Assembly (NCBI GenBank): GCA_000999025.1
Contig: LCFM01000004.1
Span: 1,925 to 65,924, forward strand
Reading direction: 5' to 3'
Length of the DNA stretch: 64,000 nucleotides
Origin: Parcubacteria group bacterium GW2011_GWA2_43_13
GTDB lineage: Bacteria > Patescibacteriota > Patescibacteriia > UBA9629 > GWA2-43-13
Shown here: piece after piece, positions 1 through 12,437 of the stretch
Numbering within the stretch: the first letter of the stretch is position 1
Layout: each line of letters begins with the position of its first letter
Position numbers and translations under genes: made by a program
Notes under the pieces: model-generated
Told to the model about the DNA's origin: nothing
Databases searched by the model: none
What the model saw: only the letters and a program-made list of their open reading frames with translations

Positions 1-341
1 TTCTTCTGCGCGCTCTGCCTGATCTGCCAATACCACAACACTATCCGACTGAACCTCTGCCATCCCACCTGATACTGCCATGTAAAACTCTTCGCCTTTC
101 TGTTTGGCAATAATCTCGCCTAATCCAAGCGATGTTACCATTGGCATATGATTCGCAAGCACACCAAACTCTCCTGCCGTGCCAGGTAACGTTACCATGT
201 CCACCTCTTGGTCAAATACCAATCGTTCAAGCGTTGCTATTTTTAATTGGAAAGAAGCCATACCGTATAATGACAAATTTCAGTTATCAGTTTTCACGTA
301 TCAAATGTGATACGTGAAAACTGACATTTGACAATTGGCCT

Positions 342-1825
<1,484 letters not shown>

Positions 1826-1830
<5 letters not shown>

Positions 1831-2758
1831 CTGTTGCCATAGCGCCTGCACTGATTTCCGCGATCTCGCGTGTAATATTAGCTTGTCGCGCCTGATTATA
1901 CGCAAGTTGTAAATCGCTGATCATTTCCCCTGCTCTGTCTGTTGCATTTTTCATTGCAATCATGCGCGCGGAATGTTCAGATGCGCGTGAATCCAGTAGT
2001 GCCTTGTATACCAGCACTTCTATTAAATAAGGAATAAGGTGCTGGAACACTGTTTCTGGTGATGGTTCAAAAATATAATCAGCACGCGTCCCTCCCGCTC
2101 TCACGTCATACCTCACCCCACCCTCTCCTATGTTAGGAGAGGGGGACGACGCAACTTCCGCAATCTGCTCAAATATGGAAATATCAATCGGCAATAACTT
2201 TCTCACCACCGGGCGCTGAAGAATCGTATTCACAAAATCCGTATACGCAATATACACCTCCCGATACTCTTGTTTTATAAAACCTTGCGTTGCAATATGC
2301 GCAATCGGGGTAACCTCATTCATAGTAAAATGGTCGCCAATACCTGAAAAATCCGCACTAATCGGCATACCCATGCGCCGCGCAAAATCACGCCCCTTTT
2401 TTCCCACAGACACAATATCCAAATCATGAGGATGATCCTTAATCAACGGCAATACAGCGTTAAAAAGGTTAATATTTAATCCGCCGCAAAAACCGCGATC
2501 AGCGCTGATAAGAATAAGCCCCACTTTTGCGTTTACAGGCGACTGCTCCCAAAAAGGATGAAAATGTGAACCTGCCAAATGTTGAGTTAAATGGTTGAGA
2601 ATATTCAATGCGCCTTGTGCGTATGGATTCGCCTCTTGAGAACGTTTTTGCGCTTTTTTCATTTTAGACGTTGCGACCAATTGCATTGCACGCGTAATCT
2701 GCCGCGTATTGGTTACGGACTTTATTCTGCGTTTTATATCGCGTGTATTTGAAGACAT
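1826..2758 (-). CDS. atpG: F1Fo ATP synthase gamma subunit
   Basis: 310 aa; N-terminal IKRRIKSVTNTRQITRAMQLVATSKM and C-terminal ITREIAEI are typical gamma-subunit motifs; carries an in-frame palindromic element insert (SPSPNIGEGG). Confidence 0.9.
2111..2152. repeat. palindromic element family B (cctcaccc..ccctctcct-N4-aggagaggg..gacgacg), in frame inside atpG
   Basis: inverted repeat ccctctcctatgttaggagaggg; the same architecture recurs about 10 times in the window. Confidence 0.6.
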
Positions 2759-2842
2759 ATAACGAATAACTCACACATCCGCCAGCTTCCGCCAAAGGCG
2801 AATCTGCCTCTGGCAGTGGCAGACACATGCCACACAAATCTG

Positions 2843-3268
2843 TTAATCAACTTTCTCAACTACTCCATTTAATGTTGCAAAATAGGTCTCTATAGCCAGG
2901 TCTGGGAATGTCTGTTTGATATACTCACCTGCTTGCTTGAGTTCTGATTCGTGTTTGGCGTATTCTTGCTCATCTCCCTCACATGCCCCTTTCCCGCCAT
3001 ACGCACCACAGTCCTCATGATTGATCAGTATCACTTTTTGGATATGGTGCAAATTATGCGCGATTTCAATTTGCTTTAACAGCAAAGCGCGATTGTGTTC
3101 ATCAGCAGGTGTCGTGATATTCAAAACCCCGCCAGCAATGCCGACTCTATCATGATCTCCAATAAGATGTTGCGATTCCAACCATGCATGGATTGACTTT
3201 TGAAATCGAAAATCAATGCAGGTAAAAACTATAGTTGAACATGAATGAGACATAGTGGTGAATGACAA
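2843..3268 (-). CDS. small beta-carbonic-anhydrase-like protein
   Basis: 141 aa; CIDFR (CxDxR) and HEDCG (HxxCG) zinc-ligand-like motifs; inserted between atpA and atpG. Confidence 0.4.
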   Translation of the reverse strand: MSFTTMSHSCSTIVFTCIDFRFQKSIHAWLESQHLIGDHDRVGIAGGVLNITTPADEHNRALLLKQIEIAHNLHHIQKVILINHEDCGAYGGKGACEGDEQEYAKHESELKQAGEYIKQTFPDLAIETYFATLNGVVEKVD

Positions 3269-3328
3269 ATAACTTTCGTATCATTTGGCATTTATCATTA
3301 AGTGTTGATTTGACATTTGTTATTCTCA

Positions 3329-4837
3329 TCAGAATCCTTTTTTAAACTCTTCTGCTAATTTTTTGACTTTTTCTTGCGTTTGTTCAGTAAAATCCTTTGT
3401 TTCATGAATTTTGGCAATCAATTCAGGCGCTGCTGTGTCAAGGAATATTCTAAAACTGCTTTCAAACTGTTTTACTTTTTCAAGTTCAATGTCATCCAAT
3501 ATACCGCTTGTCGCGCTAAAAATAGCAATGACCTGATATGCCAAAGGGACAGGATCGTAATTTACTTGTTTGAGTATTTCAGTTAAACGCTTTCCGCGTT
3601 CAATACGGTTGCGGGTCTCTGTATCCAAATCCGAACCGAATTGCGCAAATGCGGCCAACTCGCGGAATTGAGCCAATTCCAAACGCAACTTTTTTGCTAC
3701 TGACTTCATTGCCTTGGTCTGGGCCGAACTACCGACACGCGAAACCGAAAGCCCCACATTCACCGCAGGCCTGATATCAGAATAAAATAAATCCGGTTCC
3801 AAATATATCTGGCCATCTGTAATAGAAATGACATTGGTAGGAATATAGGCAGACACATCACCTGCTTGGGTTTCGATAACCGGCAAAGCAGTCAATGATC
3901 CGCCTCCGTGCTCATCACTCATTTTAGCAGCGCGCTCGAGTAAACGGGAATGCAAGTAAAAGACATCACCCGGGTATGCTTCACGACCTGGCGGACGACG
4001 CAATAGCAAAGCGATCTGACGATATGCGGATGCATGTTTTGACAAATCATCATACACAATCAACGCATCTTTCCCTGCATCTCTAAAATACTCGCCCATG
4101 GCACAGCCGGCATACGGCGCTAAATATATCAATGCGGCGGGATCAGACGCACCTGCAACAACCACAATAGTATGCTCCATTGCGCCTGCTTCCTTAAGTT
4201 TAGTAACAAGTTTCGCAACTTTGGATTCTTTTTGCCCGATGGCAACGTAAATACATGTAAGGTCCCCGCCGATTTGATTCAAAATTGTATCAATTGCTAT
4301 TGCTGTTTTCCCGGTCCCGCGATCGCCGATAATCAATTCGCGCTGGCCTCGACCAATCGGAATCATGCTGTCTATGGCTTTGATACCTGTTTGCACTGGC
4401 TGTTTGACGCCTTGTCGTAACATCACGCCAGGGGCGACTTTCTCAACAAATGAGGTCTCTTTTGTTTTAATCTCCCCCTTCCCATCAAGAGGACGACCTA
4501 AAGGATCAATAACACGACCCACTAACTCCGCTCCAACCGGAACCTGCAATATTTTTCCGGTTGATTCAACTGTATCGCCCTGTTCAATTTTGGTCCAGTC
4601 GCCAAGTACAACAATACCCACGCTTTCGCGAGCTAAATTCAAAGCAAACCCATGCGATTGCTGTTTTGGGAAATACACCATTTCTCCCATCATCACATCT
4701 GACAATCCAGAAAGCAGGGCAACTCCATCTGCCACCATTGTTACTTCTCCGACATGCCTGACTTCTGTGGTTTGAGGAAGATGCTCAATCTGCTTACGCA
4801 GTGTTTCGATGATGGATTGTGAACTATCTTTAGGCAT
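3329..4837 (-). CDS. atpA: F1Fo ATP synthase alpha subunit
   Basis: 502 aa; [18 protein letters not shown] Walker A and conserved F1-alpha sequence. Confidence 0.95.
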   Translation of the reverse strand: MPKDSSQSIIETLRKQIEHLPQTTEVRHVGEVTMVADGVALLSGLSDVMMGEMVYFPKQQSHGFALNLARESVGIVVLGDWTKIEQGDTVESTGKILQVPVGAELVGRVIDPLGRPLDGKGEIKTKETSFVEKVAPGVMLRQGVKQPVQTGIKAIDSMIPIGRGQRELIIGDRGTGKTAIAIDTILNQIGGDLTCIYVAIGQKESKVAKLVTKLKEAGAMEHTIVVVAGASDPAALIYLAPYAGCAMGEYFRDAGKDALIVYDDLSKHASAYRQIALLLRRPPGREAYPGDVFYLHSRLLERAAKMSDEHGGGSLTALPVIETQAGDVSAYIPTNVISITDGQIYLEPDLFYSDIRPAVNVGLSVSRVGSSAQTKAMKSVAKKLRLELAQFRELAAFAQFGSDLDTETRNRIERGKRLTEILKQVNYDPVPLAYQVIAIFSATSGILDDIELEKVKQFESSFRIFLDTAAPELIAKIHETKDFTEQTQEKVKKLAEEFKKGF

Positions 4838-4856
4838 ATAAAAATATCGCTAAAAA

Positions 4857-5348
4857 TTACGCGAGAAATCCTGCTAATTTTTTCCGTATGGACTGATCAA
4901 CTTCTCTATCCCCTATTTGAATTTTTATTCCTCCCATTAACTCTTTATCCACGGTAAAATGAATAGCGCCGGTGCTTTCAATATCACGCAGTTCATTGGC
5001 AAGCCATGACGAAATCTCTTCAGAAAGAGGTTGAGCAGACGTAACAGTAATCTGTTTTCCATCGTTTTGTTCTGCGTGCCGAGCAAGTTCCGCAAGCGCA
5101 CGCCAATCTTGATTTCCAATTGCCAATATCACAACATGTTTCACCGCGTCCACAACATATTCCCCAAAAATATCATCAAGCGCCTGCTTCTTTTTTTGAT
5201 TATCACTCTCTTTTGACAATTCCTGTTTTTGCGCTTGATCCAAGGTGTGTACCACAAGAGACAGATGATCCAACGCCAAATCGAGCCGCTCATGCCCAAC
5301 AGATTGCTGTAATGCTTGAAGATAATCGTGCGTTGTAGGCATAAACAA
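4857..5348 (-). CDS. atpH: F1Fo ATP synthase delta (OSCP) subunit
   Basis: 163 aa between atpF and atpA, the expected size and position; weak OSCP-like C-terminus. Confidence 0.7.
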   Translation of the reverse strand: MFMPTTHDYLQALQQSVGHERLDLALDHLSLVVHTLDQAQKQELSKESDNQKKKQALDDIFGEYVVDAVKHVVILAIGNQDWRALAELARHAEQNDGKQITVTSAQPLSEEISSWLANELRDIESTGAIHFTVDKELMGGIKIQIGDREVDQSIRKKLAGFLA

Positions 5349-5388
5349 TACATTAAAAATGAAAGTGTAAAAAGCAAATTGTGCATTT

Positions 5389-5898
5389 TTATTTTTGCTT
5401 TTTCTTTTTCAACGTGGCGAGTGCTTCTTCCATCAGCTTTTTCTGTACTTTTTCATCAACTTCTTTTTCTAAAATTTTTTCCGCCAATAGAGCTGCAAGT
5501 TGCTTGACCTCTGATTCTAAAGCAACAAACATATTCTGCTTTTCTTGAGCAATAATAGATCGCGCTTCTTCCACAATTTTATGCGCTTCCTCTTCTGCCC
5601 GCGCTTTCAATTCTTTTCTTATTTTATCCTGCTGTTCCAATGACTTTGCGTGCATATCTTCCAATTCCTTTCGCTGTTGAGCCATGCGCGCCTTTACATC
5701 CTTTTCCAATGCTTGCGATTTTTTTTCAAGCTCTGCCGCCTTATTCAAACTTTCACTTATTTTCCCCTCTCGTTCAGCCATAATTTTTTTAACTGGCTTG
5801 TATAAAAAATACCACAGCACGGCAAATAGCAAACCAAAATTAATGATTTGCCACAACAATACTTTGCCTTCTATACCAAATGATCGTAAAAGTTCCAT
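5389..5898 (-). CDS. atpF: F1Fo ATP synthase subunit b
   Basis: 169 aa; N-terminal TM helix followed by a long charged coiled-coil; operon position. Confidence 0.85.
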   Translation of the reverse strand: MELLRSFGIEGKVLLWQIINFGLLFAVLWYFLYKPVKKIMAEREGKISESLNKAAELEKKSQALEKDVKARMAQQRKELEDMHAKSLEQQDKIRKELKARAEEEAHKIVEEARSIIAQEKQNMFVALESEVKQLAALLAEKILEKEVDEKVQKKLMEEALATLKKKKQK

Positions 5899-5945
5899 AT
5901 CACATGTGTGAGTTATTCGTAATCAATGTGTAAACTATTCGTGCT

Positions 5946-6283
<338 letters not shown>

Positions 6284-7105
6284 TTAATGATGTTCCTCTG
6301 CATGACTTGTCATTGCAAGTTTTATAAAGACAAGCGTGAGCATAGCAAATACAAACGCCTGTATCAATGCCACAAACAATTCAAGCCCGTAAAATGGAAT
6401 CGGTAAAAAATATGGCACCAGCATTCCGATGACAGCCAACAGCACTTCACCTGCAAAAATATTCCCGAACAACCGGAAAGAAAAAGAAATAATCTTAGCG
6501 AATTCTGAAATCGTTTCCAATATCCCGACAAAAAAATTGATTGGATTAGAAACATTAAAAAACTTTTTCAGATACCCCCATCCCAACATACGGAATCCCA
6601 CAATCTGCGTAATGGCAACTGAAATCAAAGCAAGGGCAATCGTCGTGTTTAAATCAGATGTCGGCGCGCGAAAGAGTGGCACAAATTCCTCATGATACTC
6701 CGTCTCCGTAGAAACGACCCCCTGGGGCGTTTCTACGGTCTCTCCATCTGCAACCTCTTCCGCCTTGACTGTTTCTTTCTCAAAAAACCCGACACTCCCA
6801 ACCCCGGGCAACAGTCCGATTAAATTTCCAATAAAAACAAACAAGAAAATCGTCGTAATGAACGGCGCGGCTTTTTCTGCCCACCGCTTTTGTTCAAGCA
6901 CGGTCTCGCATAAGTTGAGAAAAAAAACATACACTGCCTCCAAAACCATCTGCAATCCAACTGGAACCAATCTGCGCCTCCCCAACCCAATAAGAACGAG
7001 CACAGCCAATACCGCCATGCCTATCCATGTAGTAAACAAGGAATTGGTAATCGGCCAGCCGCCGATATTCCATAATTCTTCCGCAACAATCGAAATAGAA
7101 AGCAT
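6284..7105 (-). CDS. atpB: F1Fo ATP synthase subunit a
   Basis: 273 aa polytopic protein; conserved C-terminal helices with the R-containing motif; acidic loop insertion ETVKAEEVADGETVETPQ. Confidence 0.85.
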   Translation of the reverse strand: MLSISIVAEELWNIGGWPITNSLFTTWIGMAVLAVLVLIGLGRRRLVPVGLQMVLEAVYVFFLNLCETVLEQKRWAEKAAPFITTIFLFVFIGNLIGLLPGVGSVGFFEKETVKAEEVADGETVETPQGVVSTETEYHEEFVPLFRAPTSDLNTTIALALISVAITQIVGFRMLGWGYLKKFFNVSNPINFFVGILETISEFAKIISFSFRLFGNIFAGEVLLAVIGMLVPYFLPIPFYGLELFVALIQAFVFAMLTLVFIKLAMTSHAEEHH

Positions 7106-7292
7106 ACTTCTGCTGTTTTTAAAAAATATTAAACTATAGTACGTTCTTTTCTCTTATACGTCAACCCTCGTATGCCTTGACACAAAGCATTTTCCCTCCC
7201 TGCGCTCCACTTTTCAACCCATCACTATACATAGTATAGCATAATACACAAAAAAGAGAGGCAATGCCTCTCTTTTTCTATAAACACATTGA

Positions 7293-8600
7293 CTATTGCG
7301 ATTTTTTATGGCTTATAATGTCGGATCCCACATATTTCTGCAATACCTTGGGCACTGCAATGGTTCCGTCTTTTTGCTGATTATGTTCCAAAATCGCAAT
7401 CAGCATACGAGGGCTTGGAACAGCTGTACTGTTTAACATATAAACATGTTTTGTTCCTGTGTCATCTTTATACCGCACATTCAACCGGCGCGCTTGCCAG
7501 TCCAAAAAATTAGAAGCTGACCCTGTTTCGCCATACCCGTTCATGCTTGGTATCCATGCTTCTATATCATACTGCTTGTATTTTCCTGCGCCTAAATCGC
7601 CAGTGCAAATTAAAAGCTGACGATATGGGATATTCAAATCTTCATGCAGTTCTTTTGCAATCAGAATCAACTCTTCATGCAATTTCTCTGATTCAGCAAC
7701 ATCAGCATGAGTCATCGCAACCTGCTCAATTTTCATAAATTCGTGCACCCGATAAATACCTTTTGTATTTTTGCCGTAACTGCCGATTTCACTGCGATAG
7801 CACTGGGAAAACCCACAAAATTTCATGGGTAATTTTTTTTCATCAATAATCTCATCAGCATAATACGCCAAAATACTTGGCTCTGCTGTACCGACTAAAA
7901 ATTTATCTTCCTTTAAGATACTCCCATCTGCCGTTTTCTCTTCACTATTTGCGATTTTATAAATTTCATCAATACATGGATCATACTTTCTGCCACTAAA
8001 ATATCCACTCCCAAACAATGCAAATTCTTTCACCAAGGTCGGCGGAATTATTGGAGTAAATCCTTTTTTTATCAGTTTTTCCAGCGCATACATCATCAGC
8101 CCCATGACAAGTCCGACTGCTTCATTTTTAAGATAATATCCGCGATACCCAGACACCTTTGCTCCGCGTTGAAAATCAATCAAGTCCAAATTTTCCGCCA
8201 ATTCAACATGGCTCTTTGGTTCAAAATCAAATTTCGGCGGTTCGCCCCATGTTACTACTTCAATATTATCTTTATCACTTTTGCCCAATGGGACATCTTT
8301 TGACGGTATGGTTGGCACTTTCACCATTAAATCCATGTACTCTTCTTGAACCCTCCCCAACTCTTGCTCTAATTCCGCGATGTGTTTTTTAACTCCTTTG
8401 AGCCGCTCAATAGTAGCATCATCTGGTTTGGTTTTAGATAATTTGTTCTGCTCGGCTTTCATGTCTTCTATCTGACGCAAACAATTCACCCGCGCTGAAT
8501 CAACTTTCAAAAGCTGGTCAATATCAATATTCAGCCCCCTATCTTGGGCCGCTTTTTTAACCTCATCCGCATGTTCTCGAATAAATTTAATATCCACCAT
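7293..8600 (-). CDS. serS: seryl-tRNA synthetase
   Basis: 435 aa; N-terminal coiled-coil arm and class II core motifs. Confidence 0.9.
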   Translation of the reverse strand: MVDIKFIREHADEVKKAAQDRGLNIDIDQLLKVDSARVNCLRQIEDMKAEQNKLSKTKPDDATIERLKGVKKHIAELEQELGRVQEEYMDLMVKVPTIPSKDVPLGKSDKDNIEVVTWGEPPKFDFEPKSHVELAENLDLIDFQRGAKVSGYRGYYLKNEAVGLVMGLMMYALEKLIKKGFTPIIPPTLVKEFALFGSGYFSGRKYDPCIDEIYKIANSEEKTADGSILKEDKFLVGTAEPSILAYYADEIIDEKKLPMKFCGFSQCYRSEIGSYGKNTKGIYRVHEFMKIEQVAMTHADVAESEKLHEELILIAKELHEDLNIPYRQLLICTGDLGAGKYKQYDIEAWIPSMNGYGETGSASNFLDWQARRLNVRYKDDTGTKHVYMLNSTAVPSPRMLIAILEHNQQKDGTIAVPKVLQKYVGSDIISHKKSQ

Positions 8601-8658
8601 AGTGATGTTTTATTCCTCATCACTCTACCACTCGCATAAAAAATTGCAAAGCAACACA

Positions 8659-9168
8659 TTAAAAAAAGTACTTTTTCAGCAAAAACAGCAACTCAGGATG
8701 AAACTTTTCTCCTTTTTCAATCATATCTTGAATAGTTTGGAGGGTAAAAAAATCAGCCCTTACTACTGCGTTCGAATCAGGTGACAAAGGACCATTAAAT
8801 GTTGTTTTAAATGTTACAAGAAATTTAGAAGGACGTCCTTCAACCTCATACACAGCTTTCCCTAAAAACACCAGATCGCTTGTACTGCCCAATTCTTCTG
8901 TATATTCTCTCAATGCCGCTTGTTCATACGTCTCGCCTGATTGCACATGCCCACCAACAGCAGTTGACCAATGCAAAGGACAAAAAAATACATGAGTGCT
9001 CCGCAGTTGCAAAGCCATTTCATTGGTATCATTAAAAATCAGGACATGCGCAATCCGATGACGCAAACAATCGCGATATACGTCATCTTTTGCCGCTCGC
9101 CCCACCACTTGATCCTGCTCATCAACGATATCTAAAAATTCGATCATACTCGGAATATTTTTATCCAT
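8659..9168 (-). CDS. NUDIX hydrolase
   Basis: Nudix box GGHVQSGETYEQAALREYTEELG; start may be the internal MIEFLDIV. Confidence 0.8.
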   Translation of the reverse strand: MDKNIPSMIEFLDIVDEQDQVVGRAAKDDVYRDCLRHRIAHVLIFNDTNEMALQLRSTHVFFCPLHWSTAVGGHVQSGETYEQAALREYTEELGSTSDLVFLGKAVYEVEGRPSKFLVTFKTTFNGPLSPDSNAVVRADFFTLQTIQDMIEKGEKFHPELLFLLKKYFF

Positions 9169-9241
9169 ATTAAGTAGATATCGTGAATCGATTAAACTAT
9201 TTGCAGATAAAATCTATCAAATTTTACATTAGTGACAAATT

Positions 9242-9886
9242 CTAAATCTTGGAATCCTTATCTCCTAAACATACCTGGTGGCTCATGTTCCAAAAAAGAT
9301 CCTTGGCGTCTTCAATAGCTTCTGGGTCAGTCGCGCTCGTCAATAAAGAAGCGATATGTCTAAGAGAAATGCGTTTAGAATTGTTTAATGCCTCCTGGCA
9401 TGTATGCCCCTTCAATAATGAAATAGCAATATGATTAGAGGGCCCCAAAAATCTCTCCGCCCGCCTATCTTGTAACGGATTGGTAAGAAAATTACGATCC
9501 AAGTTAAGAATAAAGCATTCATCGTAACCAATAAAAGTAGCATTATTTTTGGTGCAAACTTCAACGCCTAATACCTTTGCCGAAGAACAGGCAACCGCAT
9601 ATGTAATACGATTTTCTAATAGATTGCTGTTAACCCCAACACTCACCAACACCTCATCATTATGCCCGCAAATCGAACGATTATCGCCATGTCCGTTTAA
9701 TAATACCAAAAACGGACCGATTTTTTTAATCCGCCCTTCAAACTCCTTTTTATTAGCTTTTTCTTTGTGTAGATCAACCACCTCATGGCCTTTACTCTTG
9801 GCTATTTCAATGACCTTTTTGTTCCAATGGGATAAATGCCGAGTCAAAGGATCGTGTTCCGGTCTGGTAACCAGTATCCTACCCAT
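9242..9886 (-). CDS. hypothetical protein, possible caspase/gingipain-like Cys-protease fold
   Basis: 214 aa; LNGHGD..(~30 aa)..YAVACSS resembles a His-Gly / Ala-Cys catalytic dyad arrangement; weak. Confidence 0.2.
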   Translation of the reverse strand: MGRILVTRPEHDPLTRHLSHWNKKVIEIAKSKGHEVVDLHKEKANKKEFEGRIKKIGPFLVLLNGHGDNRSICGHNDEVLVSVGVNSNLLENRITYAVACSSAKVLGVEVCTKNNATFIGYDECFILNLDRNFLTNPLQDRRAERFLGPSNHIAISLLKGHTCQEALNNSKRISLRHIASLLTSATDPEAIEDAKDLFWNMSHQVCLGDKDSKI

Positions 9887-9889
9887 AAA

Positions 9890-10147
9890 TTAAGCCGTTA
9901 AAATTTCATTTATAATCCCACTTTTTAAAGCTCGTAACCATTCTATTTCCACCCGCTCGATTGTTTCTCCTATTTCATCGCCGGCCCGTACATGCTCAAT
10001 CAGCTGGTCCCTCGTAAATGAGCCCTCACTACCTATACATTTAATAGTATCTGGTGAAGTTGTTTTTAACCGCGCAATTACAAGCCGCCTGATTTCTTCA
10101 TCAGTAGAAAAATCGTTATGTATTTTTTCACCCTCTTGTTTTTTCAT
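9890..10147 (-). CDS. hypothetical small protein
   Basis: 85-aa ORF co-directional with and abutting its neighbours. Confidence 0.4.
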   Translation of the reverse strand: MKKQEGEKIHNDFSTDEEIRRLVIARLKTTSPDTIKCIGSEGSFTRDQLIEHVRAGDEIGETIERVEIEWLRALKSGIINEILTA

Positions 10148-10148
10148 A

Positions 10149-10340
10149 TTAAATAAACTGCAACTTCTCGAGTTTTTCTAAAATAGTTTTACTTAATTCC
10201 GTGTCATTATCCACCTCAATGAAAGCCACATCCCAAGTGATTGGGCCTTTTTCATCCAAAACCAAAATAATCTCCTGTCTAATACCAAGCGGTAGATTGG
10301 CATAGGTTTTAAGAAATTTTTCCCTGCTACCCTGGTTCAT
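10149..10340 (-). CDS. hypothetical small protein
   Basis: 63-aa ORF, 1-nt spacing to the upstream ORF. Confidence 0.35.
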   Translation of the reverse strand: MNQGSREKFLKTYANLPLGIRQEIILVLDEKGPITWDVAFIEVDNDTELSKTILEKLEKLQFI

Positions 10341-10349
10341 AGGTTTCTA

Positions 10350-11060
10350 TTATACCACTTCCGCTCGGTTGACGGCAACTTTATTCAAACACATCAAATC
10401 TTCTCCATATAATTCGGCTTTTAGAACAAAATTAAATGCATCAAGCGCCATACAATAATCAAAATCCTCTACCGGGTGGGTTTCTACATTGGTGTCAAAA
10501 AAATGATCAGCAAATCCTTCCGTCTTGAGATGATCAACAATCTTTTTAAAATCATTCGGTTTTCCGAGCAACGCGTTTTTAATATAGCACGCGCACACCG
10601 CATCTTCATCTAAAATAGTTTCATTTTCCGTTCCAGTACACACAAGAGAAATATTTTCAGAATTTTTTGTTTTTATGTAATTGATAATTGCTCCGACATT
10701 TACAAAACTCCCTGTTAAAATTTCTTCCGCATGGTGAGCGTACACGATGCATGGCGTCCCTTTCGTTGTAGTGTGAACAACCGTTTTGCCTGTAAAATCA
10801 ATGTCGTGTATCTGGGACGGTGAATTCCCAAAATCAAATTCAGTGAGGATAGTTCCATGGCATTCGCCCATGAGGATAAAATCAGGATTGTCTTTTTTTA
10901 ATTGAAGCGCGGTGTCAGTATCACCAATAGGAATTATTTTTTCAGCGCCTGCGCCGATAACATAGCAGGCAGTAGAAAACGCTCGAAAAACATCAATAAT
11001 AACCGCTAATCCTTTCGCCTTCTTTGCGCCTTCAATGTTTTGCAAAATTTCGATGTTCAT
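10350..11060 (-). CDS. comB: 2-phosphosulfolactate phosphatase (ComB family)
   Basis: 236 aa; DVFRAFST motif and overall ComB-like sequence. Confidence 0.7.
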   Translation of the reverse strand: MNIEILQNIEGAKKAKGLAVIIDVFRAFSTACYVIGAGAEKIIPIGDTDTALQLKKDNPDFILMGECHGTILTEFDFGNSPSQIHDIDFTGKTVVHTTTKGTPCIVYAHHAEEILTGSFVNVGAIINYIKTKNSENISLVCTGTENETILDEDAVCACYIKNALLGKPNDFKKIVDHLKTEGFADHFFDTNVETHPVEDFDYCMALDAFNFVLKAELYGEDLMCLNKVAVNRAEVV

Positions 11061-11065
11061 AGATT

Positions 11066-11416
11066 TTAAGAATTCGTACTTATAGATATTTCTTGTGTAT
11101 CATCTTTTGTCGCGTCAGTGGTTATCATTTCTCCTTTTTTAATATCTCGCAAAGCAATATCGCATTTTTTAACTAAATCCTGATATGTATTTGGGTGTTC
11201 TGAATGATTAACATACCGCTCTGGTTCAGAATACAAATATATTACGCCCCAATGCGTGTGCGTAAACTGTTTTTCTTTTTCTGGCAAGTTCTGATATTTC
11301 TCATCAGTCAGCACTTTCAAATTATACGCAATCACCACTTCTCCTCTCTTAAAATCCCGCGCCGCATACACGCCCCTGCCATCTAAATTCCCTTTCCCTA
11401 TAACCATATCTTTCAT
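11066..11416 (-). CDS. SET-domain protein (putative lysine methyltransferase)
   Basis: GRGVYAARDFKRGEVV, NHSEHPN (NHSCxPN-like) and C-terminal GEMITTD motifs. Confidence 0.65.
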   Translation of the reverse strand: MKDMVIGKGNLDGRGVYAARDFKRGEVVIAYNLKVLTDEKYQNLPEKEKQFTHTHWGVIYLYSEPERYVNHSEHPNTYQDLVKKCDIALRDIKKGEMITTDATKDDTQEISISTNS

Positions 11417-11550
11417 AGTGAATTAGCCAATTCTTGCTCTCATTTTTTATAAAAAATATCTACTGCCTCTCTTTCAATCCATAGCTTATGGCCGCACTGT
11501 TCTAATATATATTCTGATATGTTCCATACTTGTATTTTCTTGAAAAATAT

Positions 11551-11578
11551 TTGACTTTTTGGTCCAATCTGCTATACT
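11551..11578 (+). promoter_or_regulatory. candidate sigma70-like promoter TTGACT-N16-TATACT
   Basis: near-consensus -35/-10 hexamers; points toward the hairpin and T-tract ~25 nt downstream. Confidence 0.3.
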
Positions 11579-11600
11579 ATATTCATCACTACGAAAAAGA

Positions 11601-11636
11601 CCCTTACCGGGGTTAGTCCCGGTCGGGGGTTTTTTC
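11601..11636. terminator. bidirectional rho-independent terminator-like hairpin
   Basis: aaaaaga-CCCTTACCGGGG-TTAGT-CCCGGTCGGGGG-tttttt; A-tract and T-tract on either side; overlaps the stop codon of the NYN gene. Confidence 0.5.
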
Positions 11637-12143
11637 ATTATGGTCACCTTTTTTGACTTCCAATAGAGACCTTTGGTCATTGATGTACGCTATGCGCGCG
11701 CCAGTCCGTTTCAGCAACACCGAACATTTAGCCGAGACCGAGGGAGAAATAATGCCTACACATTTGTTTCTTTCCAACAAGAATTTAACCAACCCCGCAT
11801 AATCACCATCACTTGAAACCAAAACCGCCTGCCCGAAAACCTTCTCATAGGCGTCGCGAGTGGCTTTAAGCACCAAGTCAGCATCGCAATTTCCTTTAAC
11901 TTTGCCCTCGCCGTCATACGTTATTTCTTTATAGACAAGAGTAAATCCTACCTCCTGCAAGTTGGTGTATAAATCTTTGTTCTTGGGTACTAGTCCAATA
12001 AACAAATAGGCACGGCTAACACCGTATTTTTCTTTCAACCACACCCTAAATTTCGCGTAATCCAATTGCCATCCCAGATGGATAACGCCACGATGCAAAT
12101 TGGCGCCATCAACATAGGCAAAGTTATTTTGTGCTGGTTTCAT
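11613..12143 (-). CDS. NYN-domain (LabA-like PIN nuclease) protein
   Basis: YVDGANL, DADLVL and SSDGDYAGLV motifs of the NYN/LabA family. Confidence 0.6.
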   Translation of the reverse strand: MKPAQNNFAYVDGANLHRGVIHLGWQLDYAKFRVWLKEKYGVSRAYLFIGLVPKNKDLYTNLQEVGFTLVYKEITYDGEGKVKGNCDADLVLKATRDAYEKVFGQAVLVSSDGDYAGLVKFLLERNKCVGIISPSVSAKCSVLLKRTGARIAYINDQRSLLEVKKGDHNEKTPDRD

Positions 12144-12201
12144 ATGTCACAGGAGTTTATCTATATTTTCTCGTGATGACATGCCAAATTTTATCATATA
12201 T

Positions 12202-12399
12202 TTACTCCAATAAATAATCCCACTCCGGTTGCCACGCCCTGTTATTTCGCCAATCCTCGACAAATGCTTGTCCCCATGTTTTACCTTTCAACAAAACATC
12301 AAGCGCAAGTTGCGGGGCTTGATGCGCGACAATGGCAACGCTCTTTCCATTATAGTTCTGTTTAAGAAATTCCAGAAAATTTGCCATGCGCTCTTGCAC
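12202..12399 (-). pseudogene. C-terminal fragment of a histidine-phosphatase (phosphoglycerate-mutase-like) gene
   Basis: 65 aa ending ..SVAIVAHQ..; lacks the N-terminal RHG catalytic region. Confidence 0.35.
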
Positions 12400-12437
12400 A
12401 TCTTGGTAGCTTTCCCCTTCAGGAAACAGCTCTCTTA

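Noticed and set aside
11486-11680. 64-aa minus-strand ORF across the terminator hairpin
   Set aside because: It overlaps the NYN gene 3' end and the hairpin and has no support.
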